The position numbers and the translations under genes are program-made. Below are positions 29,461 to 37,896 of a stretch of 64,000 bases of DNA, piece after piece. The notes beneath the pieces are model-generated. The model was not told the DNA's origin, made no database searches, and saw only the letters and a program-made list of their open reading frames with translations. The first letter of the stretch is position 1. Every line of letters begins with the position of its first letter. The stretch lies in the NCBI GenBank assembly GCA_965207375.1, contig OZ242274.1, positions 1,920,001 through 1,984,000 of the forward strand, read 5' to 3'. Origin of the DNA: Nitrosopumilaceae archaeon (lineage in GTDB: Archaea; Thermoproteota; Nitrososphaeria; Nitrososphaerales; Nitrosopumilaceae).

Positions 29461-29544
29461 ATGTGGAATCTAAAGATCAACGGCAGATTCTTTAAACAAT
29501 ACAAGAATTTAGATTTACAGATACAGCAAGTCAGAGTATTATGA
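29461..29544 (+). pseudogene. truncated RelE/ParE-like toxin N-terminus
   Basis: MWNLKINGRFFKQYKNLDLQIQ then a premature stop; aligns with W...KFIKQFANLDLTIQ of the 59.1-59.4 kb toxin. Confidence 0.65.
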
Positions 29545-29613
29545 CCATGCTAGTTTTCAAAGTACAAATGGATTTTGAGTTAATGCGTCAGTTCAAGCCG
29601 CCGCCAGGGTAGG

Positions 29614-29638
29614 ATTTTGCCCACATTTCGCTTAGCTG
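29614..29638 (-). mobile_element. isolated MITE end
   Basis: ATTTTGCCCACATTTCGCTTAGCTG, identical to 29205-29229. Confidence 0.88.
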
Positions 29639-29681
29639 TATTATGAATAACATTAATCTATAGGGTCCTCAAACCTAGAAT

Positions 29682-30191
29682 ATGCAGATATCACCCAAGC
29701 TAAAAAAACTGTTAAATGATCAAATTGCACTAGAGGCAAATGCATCAAGCTATTACATGTCAATGGCATCATGGTGCGAATTTACAGGATATGAGGGGGC
29801 TGCCGTATACTTTTACAACCAGTCAGACGAAGAAAGGCAGCACATGTTAAAAATTGTACACTTTCTCAATGCACGAGGAATTGCAGCAGAAATACCACAG
29901 GTCAAAAAATCACCTGCAGTCTTTAAATCTCTTGAAGAAATAATCAAGACTGCACTAAAAAACGAGCAGGCAGTAACTGTTGCAGTTACAAAAATGGTTG
30001 AACTAGCATCAAAAGAAAAAGATCACATAACCTTTACCTTTCTCCAATGGTTTGTAAACGAGCAAATGCATGAGGAAGAAAAGTTTGAAACGATACTTCA
30101 AAAGTTTGAATTAATTGGAAGAGACAAGCTTGCAATTAATGAAATAGACAAGATGTTAGGCAGTACACCCGTAGAGAGCACTGCACAATAA
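29682..30191 (+). CDS. ftnA: non-heme ferritin
   Basis: LNDQIALE, YMSMASW, QSDEERQHMLK, E-x-x-V, FLQWFVNEQMHEE ferroxidase pattern. Confidence 0.93.
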   Translation: MQISPKLKKLLNDQIALEANASSYYMSMASWCEFTGYEGAAVYFYNQSDEERQHMLKIVHFLNARGIAAEIPQVKKSPAVFKSLEEIIKTALKNEQAVTVAVTKMVELASKEKDHITFTFLQWFVNEQMHEEEKFETILQKFELIGRDKLAINEIDKMLGSTPVESTAQ

Positions 30192-30198
30192 AAGGCAA

Positions 30199-30747
30199 CT
30201 ATTTGTATCTAAAGCACTGCACAGTATGATCATTTACCATCCCTATTGCCTGCATCAAGGCATAGCAGATGGTCGGACCTACAAATGTAAATCCACGTTT
30301 TTTCAAATCCCGGCTTAGTTTGACTGAGACATCAGTAAAGGCAGGAATATCAGAGTGCTTTTTGCGTTTGTTGTGTACCGGAACATGGTTTACAAACTGC
30401 CACAGATAATTGTCAAAGGTTCCAAACTCTTTTTGCACTCTTAGAAATTGTTTTGCATTGTTTATTGCAGAGTTGATTTTTAGTTTGTTTCGTATGATTT
30501 GTTTATTTTGCAACAGCGCAGATACATCCTTGGAGGCGTATTTTGAAACTTTGAAAGGATTGAAATTGCAAAATGCATTTTTATATCCGTTTCTTCGTTT
30601 CAGAATGGTAGTCCAGGAGAGTCCTGCCTGGGCACCTTCTAAAATTAAAAACTCGAATAGTTTTTTGTCGTCATGTTGTGGAGTCCCCCATTCGTTGTCA
30701 TGATATGAAATGTTGGGTTCATCTTTTGCCCAAATGCATCGCTTCAT
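30199..30747 (-). CDS. tag: DNA-3-methyladenine glycosylase I
   Basis: RCIWA, YHDNEWG, LEGAQAGLSWTTILKRR, IIRNKLKI, FVGPTICYALMQAIGMVNDH. Confidence 0.95.
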   Translation of the reverse strand: MKRCIWAKDEPNISYHDNEWGTPQHDDKKLFEFLILEGAQAGLSWTTILKRRNGYKNAFCNFNPFKVSKYASKDVSALLQNKQIIRNKLKINSAINNAKQFLRVQKEFGTFDNYLWQFVNHVPVHNKRKKHSDIPAFTDVSVKLSRDLKKRGFTFVGPTICYALMQAIGMVNDHTVQCFRYK

Positions 30748-30781
30748 AAAACAATACATGAATATACAAATTTAAAATTTA

Positions 30782-31260
30782 GTAACATGTCAATTCTTTT
30801 GAATTAAGTTTAGTAAAATTATCTGGATTGTCCTCCACACCTGAAATTTTTTCTGTATATCTCATTTGTTTCAGTAGGGAACAAAAAGTTGGCCATTTTT
30901 CTAAATTTGTCAAATCGCATGATCCAAATGTATCATGACATGCATGTTCAAGAACATATGATGGGATAAACACATCAAAAATCAATTGTTCAGTATCTAT
31001 GTACAGTTTTAAAAGACTTTGGATTTTACTCATTGGAGCACAGGCTTTTGCTAGAACAATATTCTTTCTCAAAAAAAAAGTCAGAAGTGTATCTATTCGT
31101 GCATTAAATACCATAAATTCAAAATAACGTCAACAGATGCCAAAAATCATACACACTCAGCATTTTTCCCCGTATTCAAGACAAAATTCAGTATTTTGGT
31201 AAAACCAAGATGCGTCAAGAGTCAGCTCAGGCAGTTTTTGCAGCAAAACAATCAAAATAA
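30782..31260 (+). mobile_element. highly degenerate 5' remnant related to the SWIM/IS6-like element
   Basis: Shared upstream block in inverted orientation, followed by ATGATGGGA-TAA-ACACATCAAAAA (cf. MMGQTHQK). Boundaries approximate. Confidence 0.65.
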
Positions 31261-31305
31261 CACCTGTTGATAAACAATAAAAATCGCTAGTTATCTATAC
31301 ACAGT

Positions 31306-31437
31306 ATGATTTGTGCAGATTGTGAAAAACGCCTACATTTTCAGTGTATAGATTGTAAAAACGATCACAAGACATACCTGTGTAGTTGTGATTGCCATGA
31401 TGAGAACACAAAATCGCATAGCGAACAAGCTCATTGA
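31306..31437 (+). CDS. 43-aa Cys/His-rich metal-binding microprotein
   Basis: MICADCEKRLHFQCIDCKNDHKTYLCSCDCHDENTKSHSEQAH (manual). Confidence 0.6.
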   Translation: MICADCEKRLHFQCIDCKNDHKTYLCSCDCHDENTKSHSEQAH

Positions 31438-31550
31438 CTTTGAAATCTTTGTTGTAACCACTTACTGAATTTTTATTACTAAAAAACCCATCTATGATCT
31501 CAAGATAATATCAAGATTCATAAGTAAAAAAAATTGTCAAAGGGCGGTTT

Positions 31551-33272
31551 ATGGCAACTACTATGGACGACTTTGGAAGTTTGGAATACGTGCTTGACAG
31601 GTATTCAAAATCCTGGTGTTGGAAGATCACAGGAAATCGTGCAGTCAACATGATTTCAAAATTGATCCCTCAATCATGGTATGGTGAGGGCCCCGACGTA
31701 GTTATTGTTCCAGATACTTTGGAAAATGTAAACCACATAAAATGGATCAATGACAGATACCCATTTGAAATTCTCTCAAAAACTGCATGGCAGCGCAAAA
31801 TCATCAAAACCATAAAGCCCAAATACAAGATTCCCAAAATTCAAAAACTAATCGAGGCAAAGGCAGGAGAACAGTTCAAGGGGGAGTTGCTCAACTTTCA
31901 AAAGGAAGGTCTTGATTTTTTTATAAAATCCTCAGGCAATGCACTGTTAGCAGACGAGATGGGTCTTGGTAAAACAGTTCAGACGCTAGCCTATTTAGCT
32001 ACCGAAAAACAAACATTTCCCACATTAATTGTGTCCCCACTAGTTACCCTGAACAATTGGCAACGCGAAATAGAAAAATTTCTCAACAAAAAAAGTAAAA
32101 ATGGAAAAATAAACAGCTCCAAATCCCCATCATCTATAATTATCAGAACAGGTAAATCTTCCAAACTACCAGAGGTCGACTTTTACATTATCAATTACGA
32201 GTTGTTACACAAACGAATGAGCGACATATCCAAATTAGGAATTAGAGCAATAGTATGTGATGAGGTACATAATCTTCGTTCTAAAACCACCAAAAAATAT
32301 CATGCAATCAAAAAACTAGCCGCATTGTCTTCTGTAAAGTATAGAGTAGGCCTTTCTGGAACACCGATTTATAATCGTGGTTCTGAAATATGGCCAATTG
32401 TTGACATTTTAAGGCCGGGTTTGTTGGGAAATTTCAAGGAATTTTGCGAATATTTCTGCTATGTAAATGACAAGGGAAAGGCCATAGTGCTTGAAAATAG
32501 AAGAGAATCACTTCGTAATGAGCTACAAAAACATGTAATGTTGCGAAGAAAAAAATCCGACGTCCTAAAGGAGCTCAAAGATAAGGTCAGATACAAGGAG
32601 GTAATTGATGCAGATACCGATTACTATTTTACCGAACTAGACAAAATCTGGAAAAGGTTGGAGGAGGAACAAAAACAAGCAGAAACCGCATTTGACAAGT
32701 CTGCATCATATCAGCGTGCAATTAAAAGTGAACGCCAAATAGCAGGCGTTGCCAAACTTCCACATGTGATAAACTTTGTAAAAAACATCATGGAGATTGA
32801 GGAGAGTGTGGTTGTGTTTTGTCATCACCGTGCGATTCACACATTGCTTCATCAAAGCTTGGAAGAGTTCTCACCTGTGTCAGTAATTGGTGGGCAAAGT
32901 GATAAAGAAAGACAGAGAAATATCGATATGTTTCAAGCGGGTCAGTCAAAATTAATGATTGCAGGTCTGCGTGCAGGAAATGTTGGAATTAATCTGACTA
33001 GGGCAAAGTATGTTATATTTGCAGAGCTAGATTGGAGTCCTGCCATACACAGACAAGCAGAAGATCGTTTACACAGAATTGGACAAAAAAATACTGTATT
33101 TGCATACTATTTGATTGGAAATGGAACCCTCGATGATCATGTTGCAAATGTATTGGTCGATAAAAGTTATGAGATTGATGCTATCATGGATGAAAAAATA
33201 GAAACCTATGAAAACAAAGAAAAAGCAAAGCTTATCCTAGCACAAATTCACGACAAAATACGCAACAAGTAA
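31551..33272 (+). CDS. SNF2-family ATPase (SMARCAL1/HARP-like), copy 1
   Basis: LADEMGLGKT, DEVH, LSGTPIYN, LRRKK, VVFCHH, GNVGINLT, ELDWSPAIHRQAEDRLHRIGQ. Confidence 0.93.
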   Translation: MATTMDDFGSLEYVLDRYSKSWCWKITGNRAVNMISKLIPQSWYGEGPDVVIVPDTLENVNHIKWINDRYPFEILSKTAWQRKIIKTIKPKYKIPKIQKLIEAKAGEQFKGELLNFQKEGLDFFIKSSGNALLADEMGLGKTVQTLAYLATEKQTFPTLIVSPLVTLNNWQREIEKFLNKKSKNGKINSSKSPSSIIIRTGKSSKLPEVDFYIINYELLHKRMSDISKLGIRAIVCDEVHNLRSKTTKKYHAIKKLAALSSVKYRVGLSGTPIYNRGSEIWPIVDILRPGLLGNFKEFCEYFCYVNDKGKAIVLENRRESLRNELQKHVMLRRKKSDVLKELKDKVRYKEVIDADTDYYFTELDKIWKRLEEEQKQAETAFDKSASYQRAIKSERQIAGVAKLPHVINFVKNIMEIEESVVVFCHHRAIHTLLHQSLEEFSPVSVIGGQSDKERQRNIDMFQAGQSKLMIAGLRAGNVGINLTRAKYVIFAELDWSPAIHRQAEDRLHRIGQKNTVFAYYLIGNGTLDDHVANVLVDKSYEIDAIMDEKIETYENKEKAKLILAQIHDKIRNK

Positions 33273-33863
33273 TCACACAAGCAATCTTGCCCGTATCTCA
33301 TATAACAGCTTGATTATCTCCTCTTTGAGAGGTGCCTCCATGTCTGAGTTTTTTATCTTATAAGTCACATCAGATATCAGATGATGAATATCCCTGCCGT
33401 TTGTATCTGAATCTGTGCTACAATATTTGGGATTTAGTTGATCTGCTCCCCTTGGCAGTATCTCAAATACCTGCTGTATCACATCATGTTTTCTGACTGT
33501 TGTCATTAAAATGAGGTGGTCTTTGCGCAGTGTCTCAACTGTAAACATGACATCATCATGATTCTCATTGAGATATGTAGCAATCTCGACTCCAGTCATT
33601 GAACCAATATCAAGTACACGCAGTATCCTGATGCGCAATGGGTCAGAGCCCTTCCACAGTATCTGCCTTGCAGTCGCAGTAACCTGAAATGACCTGTCCT
33701 GATTCAGGCTAAGCAGTTTTCTTTCCACTAGCGAGGCTAGACAGTCTAAAAGCCGTCCGGTTCCTGCATCTTGCAATATTTCTAGCCGTTTTGCATCGAT
33801 GTTGCCATTGTTTTGAATTCCAAGTGCAAGGATCTTGAGATCATATAGTCCTATTTTATCCAT
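33273..33863 (-). CDS. tandem winged-HTH hypothetical protein
   Basis: Two wHTH-like segments (LDCLASLVERKLL...FQVTATA; RILRVL...MTGVEIATYL...VETLRKDHLI...FEILPRG). Confidence 0.65.
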   Translation of the reverse strand: MDKIGLYDLKILALGIQNNGNIDAKRLEILQDAGTGRLLDCLASLVERKLLSLNQDRSFQVTATARQILWKGSDPLRIRILRVLDIGSMTGVEIATYLNENHDDVMFTVETLRKDHLILMTTVRKHDVIQQVFEILPRGADQLNPKYCSTDSDTNGRDIHHLISDVTYKIKNSDMEAPLKEEIIKLLYEIRARLLV

Positions 33864-33976
33864 TAGAAAACGATGAAGACGCACAATATATGATGATTGG
33901 TAATTCACGACATGTTTAGTTTTGGCACACTAGACAGATCATAGGAACAAGTGATACATTTCTATCTGAGCGTATT

Positions 33977-35725
33977 CTACTCGTCGCCAAGCAGTCTCGG
34001 ATTTGATCTGAATTTTTCCTGCAAGAGTTCAAATGCCTTTTTGTTGTTGGTATCTTCTGCCTTGTCTCCAAGTACTCCCCTTATTGCAGCTCCCTTTGCA
34101 GTCAGCACATCGGCAATATACTCATCAAAGGTGTCCTCACCTATAACATAGTGTGAGAACACCCTGTTCTTCTGTCCTATGCGGTGCAATCTATCCTCTG
34201 CCTGTGCGTGTACCGCAGGAGACCAGTCAAGCTCTGCAAATATCACATATGCTGCCTCTGTAAGATTGATTCCAACGTTTCCTGCCCGCAGTCCGCAGAT
34301 TATGACACGGTGGTTTGGATCTGTCTGAAACAGATCTATGGCCTGCTGTCTTGTGGCATCTAGTTGACCACCGATTATCTGAAGAGGTCTGTATTTCCAC
34401 AGTCCATCAGCAATTATCTTGTGCACCCTTCTATGATGGCAAAAAACTACAAATTTTTCGTTGTTATAATCCTCCAACAATTCGTTGAGATAATCCACGA
34501 CATGTGTAGCCTTTGCAAGTCCTGCTAGTTGGCGCTCCTCGATTCGTAGCTCAAGCAAAAGTGAGTTAAACTCTGCAAGCTTGTGTTTTTTATCTGTATC
34601 ACCTTGGGCTTCATCTAGTCTCTTTTTTGCCCTATCTATCTTGAGATACATTTTCTTTATCTTCTCCTCGTACATGTCTCTATCTATAGGAATGGTCTGC
34701 TGAATTCTTGTTTTTTCTGGAAGGTCATCTAGCACATCCTTTTTTCTCCTTCGTATCATTAGATTTTTTTGTAGAAACTCTGAGAGTTCATCCTGTTTGA
34801 GATCAACGGTGCTATACATATCATCAAAATCATAAAACTTTTCTTTAAACTGTTCCTTGGTGCCAAATATGCCTGGTCGAAGCACCTCTGCTATCTCATA
34901 CATCTCCATGCCGTTGTTATATATCGGAGTTCCAGAAAGTCCTATACGATACACGATGGACTTGTGATGAACAAGATCCGTAGATGCGTGGATCTTGTAC
35001 GTGTTTGTACGTCGTATGTTCTGTATTTCATCAAAGACGACCGTCCTTGGATCTGTTGCTAAAATGTCACCTAGGCGCTTGTGTATAAGTTCATAATTTA
35101 TAAGATAAAAGTCAGCAGGTGCAAGAGCCGCTGCCTTACCTGACCGTATAACATTCACATGTGTGTCAACACGTCTGCCTGTAGTGTCAGTAAGTTTAAG
35201 GAATCGCGTTATCTCCCGCCTCCAATTCTCTAGTGTGACAATAGGTGCCACTATTACTGCAGGTATGCTATCTGGTCGCTGTGCCATAAACGCAAGCGTT
35301 TGAACGGTCTTGCCCAATCCCATCTCGTCTGCTACCAAAGCATTTCCATCAGTTTTTAAAAGAAAATCTAAACCGTATTTTTGAAACGGCATTAAAATTC
35401 CTGCAAAGTGTTTTGGATTCGGTGTAACAGGTGCAAGATGTGAAACAACATACTGTATGTGTTTGTCAGATTCCATTCCCATTAGCAATTCATACCACTT
35501 GTCCTTGCCTGCTATTTGTAGAGGGTACTCACTCATTACCATTTTAAGAAGCCGCACGTTCTCACTACTAGCTGCCACCGAAAAAGGATTTGAACCATAC
35601 ATAGGTATGAGGCGCGCAATGATGTCCTCGATCTCAGGTTCGGTCTTTATCTGTATCGTGTCTAGTTTTACATCGCGGCGCAATGCACTTTTCTTTATTA
35701 CCTCCAAGACACCATATGACTTCAT
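33977..35725 (-). CDS. SNF2-family ATPase, copy 2 (divergent paralog)
   Basis: VADEMGLGKT, DEIQ, LSGTPIYN, IRRRKK, GNVGINLT, ELDWSPAVHAQAEDRLHRIGQ. Confidence 0.93.
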   Translation of the reverse strand: MKSYGVLEVIKKSALRRDVKLDTIQIKTEPEIEDIIARLIPMYGSNPFSVAASSENVRLLKMVMSEYPLQIAGKDKWYELLMGMESDKHIQYVVSHLAPVTPNPKHFAGILMPFQKYGLDFLLKTDGNALVADEMGLGKTVQTLAFMAQRPDSIPAVIVAPIVTLENWRREITRFLKLTDTTGRRVDTHVNVIRSGKAAALAPADFYLINYELIHKRLGDILATDPRTVVFDEIQNIRRTNTYKIHASTDLVHHKSIVYRIGLSGTPIYNNGMEMYEIAEVLRPGIFGTKEQFKEKFYDFDDMYSTVDLKQDELSEFLQKNLMIRRRKKDVLDDLPEKTRIQQTIPIDRDMYEEKIKKMYLKIDRAKKRLDEAQGDTDKKHKLAEFNSLLLELRIEERQLAGLAKATHVVDYLNELLEDYNNEKFVVFCHHRRVHKIIADGLWKYRPLQIIGGQLDATRQQAIDLFQTDPNHRVIICGLRAGNVGINLTEAAYVIFAELDWSPAVHAQAEDRLHRIGQKNRVFSHYVIGEDTFDEYIADVLTAKGAAIRGVLGDKAEDTNNKKAFELLQEKFRSNPRLLGDE

Positions 35726-35880
35726 ATACAGACACTATCAAGGTAGGCTAAAACAATTACGGATGATCATACCATACAACAACCTGGATCACATGTCGAT
35801 CAGATAATATGTTTTGTAAACAGTGTACGATCATTTTCATACATAGAAAACTTCTAAAACCACATGCAAGCACTAGTTGT

Positions 35881-37572
35881 ATGAATCTTAATAGTCCACA
35901 TTTACAAAAAGTAAGAAGAAATGTAGGTGACACAGTATTTCATGAAGGTTATAATCTGTTTGTCAACCGACGTATAAGTGCAATATATGAGGAAGGCAAT
36001 GACCTAACTGCAAAGGTAAAAGACGAAAGAACTTACACCGTAAACATGTCGTTAAGAGACGGAACATATACTCAAACATGTACATGCTCCAAAAGATCGG
36101 AAATCTGCGAGCATGTGATGGCAGTACTGTTTTACGTATACGACAAAACCAAACCAAGGGACGTATCAAACTATACCTATGAGGAATTAGATGACAAATA
36201 TCTCAGTAGGAGGGCAGATGCATATGACCCCGCAGGATACAAGGGTTCATTGTTTGGAGACGTGGAAAAAGATGAAGATAGAGATATCATAGAGTCGCTA
36301 ATGTACAGCATAGGTGATTTCAACAAAAAGCCACCCAAGGTTCTAACTGAGATTGATGCCAAAACGCCGCCTGCACGCAAATGCAAGATTTTTTTGGATT
36401 ATCTGTATGAGGGTTCAAAGGGCAAAAGTGGTAAGATTCCAAACAAAAGCAGGGTGCCGTTTCACACAATTGGAACTCTTGCAACACAGTATGAAAGCCG
36501 TGGACAGCCAAAGAAGGTAATTGACGTATATCAATGCATGTGTGAATACATATCAAATAATATCGCCATAGTGAACGACGCAAAACAGCACTATACCAAA
36601 CAATTCCAACATTCAATTCGCCAGGCATTAGAATCCATACGTAAGACCAAGGCAAGTGACGATGAAAAACGGCATTATGCAAAATACTATTTTACGGCAT
36701 ATATCAATGAGAGAACACCGCGCTTTGCACACATGTATCTGTCTGCAATATACGACATCAGCAAGGATACAGAATATACCAAATACTGCATGTCCCTATT
36801 TGTCTCTGAGTTTGAAGATAAAAAGAAGGTAGGTGTAAAAAATACACGTCGCAGTAAAGATGAGCTTCTTGATGCCATCTGGCCACTTCTTGAAAGGCTC
36901 GGAGATAAACAGGTCAATGACTTTTTGGTAAAGCACCATATGGAAAGCGATGACATGTGTGTAAGACATATCTGGAACTTGGCAGATTCGAATCCAGATC
37001 AAGCAATGGATGTGGCCAAAAAGGCGATGCAAACATTTGCAGATCCAGAACGGTTCATTCGCATTCAAAGCTTTTTGCTAGAAGCAAATGATAATTCAGA
37101 GCATGAAGATTTGCTGCGCCAGCGGTTTGTCAGAACAACAAACTGGTCACACTATGAGATGTTAAAGGAAAAGGCAACCGATTGGGATGTACAGTTAAAA
37201 AAGATTCTCAAGGATCTCACGGATGATAATTGTACACATACGTGCATAGACATACTGCTACGCGAAAAGGGTGCAGATGAGGCATTCAAAGCAGCAATAG
37301 ATAGCAAGGATCTAGACATACTTGATGCTTACAAGTACGAATTTTCTTCAAAGTATCCAGACAAGTACTATACAGAGTATAAACGGCTAGTACCAAAACT
37401 AGCAGCGTCTGCCAACACAGCTCAAGACTTTGAAGATATTTTAAGACACATAGAGGTCATGAAACACATACCAGGATACGTTACAGAGACAGACAAACTT
37501 GTTGCCAAACTAGAGTACAAATATCCGCAGCTAGCAGAGCAGATGGAATCCATACCGATTCATGACAAGTAA
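35881..37572 (+). CDS. SWIM zinc-finger protein with a long alpha-helical region
   Basis: YTVNM...TCTCSKRSEICEHVMAVL (CxCxnCxH); start taken at ATG 35881. Confidence 0.85.
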   Translation: MNLNSPHLQKVRRNVGDTVFHEGYNLFVNRRISAIYEEGNDLTAKVKDERTYTVNMSLRDGTYTQTCTCSKRSEICEHVMAVLFYVYDKTKPRDVSNYTYEELDDKYLSRRADAYDPAGYKGSLFGDVEKDEDRDIIESLMYSIGDFNKKPPKVLTEIDAKTPPARKCKIFLDYLYEGSKGKSGKIPNKSRVPFHTIGTLATQYESRGQPKKVIDVYQCMCEYISNNIAIVNDAKQHYTKQFQHSIRQALESIRKTKASDDEKRHYAKYYFTAYINERTPRFAHMYLSAIYDISKDTEYTKYCMSLFVSEFEDKKKVGVKNTRRSKDELLDAIWPLLERLGDKQVNDFLVKHHMESDDMCVRHIWNLADSNPDQAMDVAKKAMQTFADPERFIRIQSFLLEANDNSEHEDLLRQRFVRTTNWSHYEMLKEKATDWDVQLKKILKDLTDDNCTHTCIDILLREKGADEAFKAAIDSKDLDILDAYKYEFSSKYPDKYYTEYKRLVPKLAASANTAQDFEDILRHIEVMKHIPGYVTETDKLVAKLEYKYPQLAEQMESIPIHDK

Positions 37573-37896
37573 TTTTCACATCTTGCATGTATTTTTGAAA
37601 CAAGATTTAGGAATTGTTCAAAGATTCACATGGTTTTGACATTATGGTTTTGGCCTGCAAGAGTGTTACTTTTTGAATGGCATAGTAGAGATATAGTTGA
37701 AATTTCAATACAGGTTCAAAATCTCAGCTAGATGCAGGTGAGGCACATTTTTGACATAGGGTTAAGAGGCTAGATTTACTGTTTTTTACATTTCAAATTC
37801 TAGGCATGACCCACGCAAACTCGTCATGCCCAGACCTAAACCTCTTACGCTAGACATTTAGTAACAGATTTTAAGTAGATATTTTAGATTCATGTA

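Noticed and set aside
30779-31114. 111-aa minus-strand ORF (also 26203-26406)
   Set aside because: Antisense reading of the SWIM/IS6 leader remnant.
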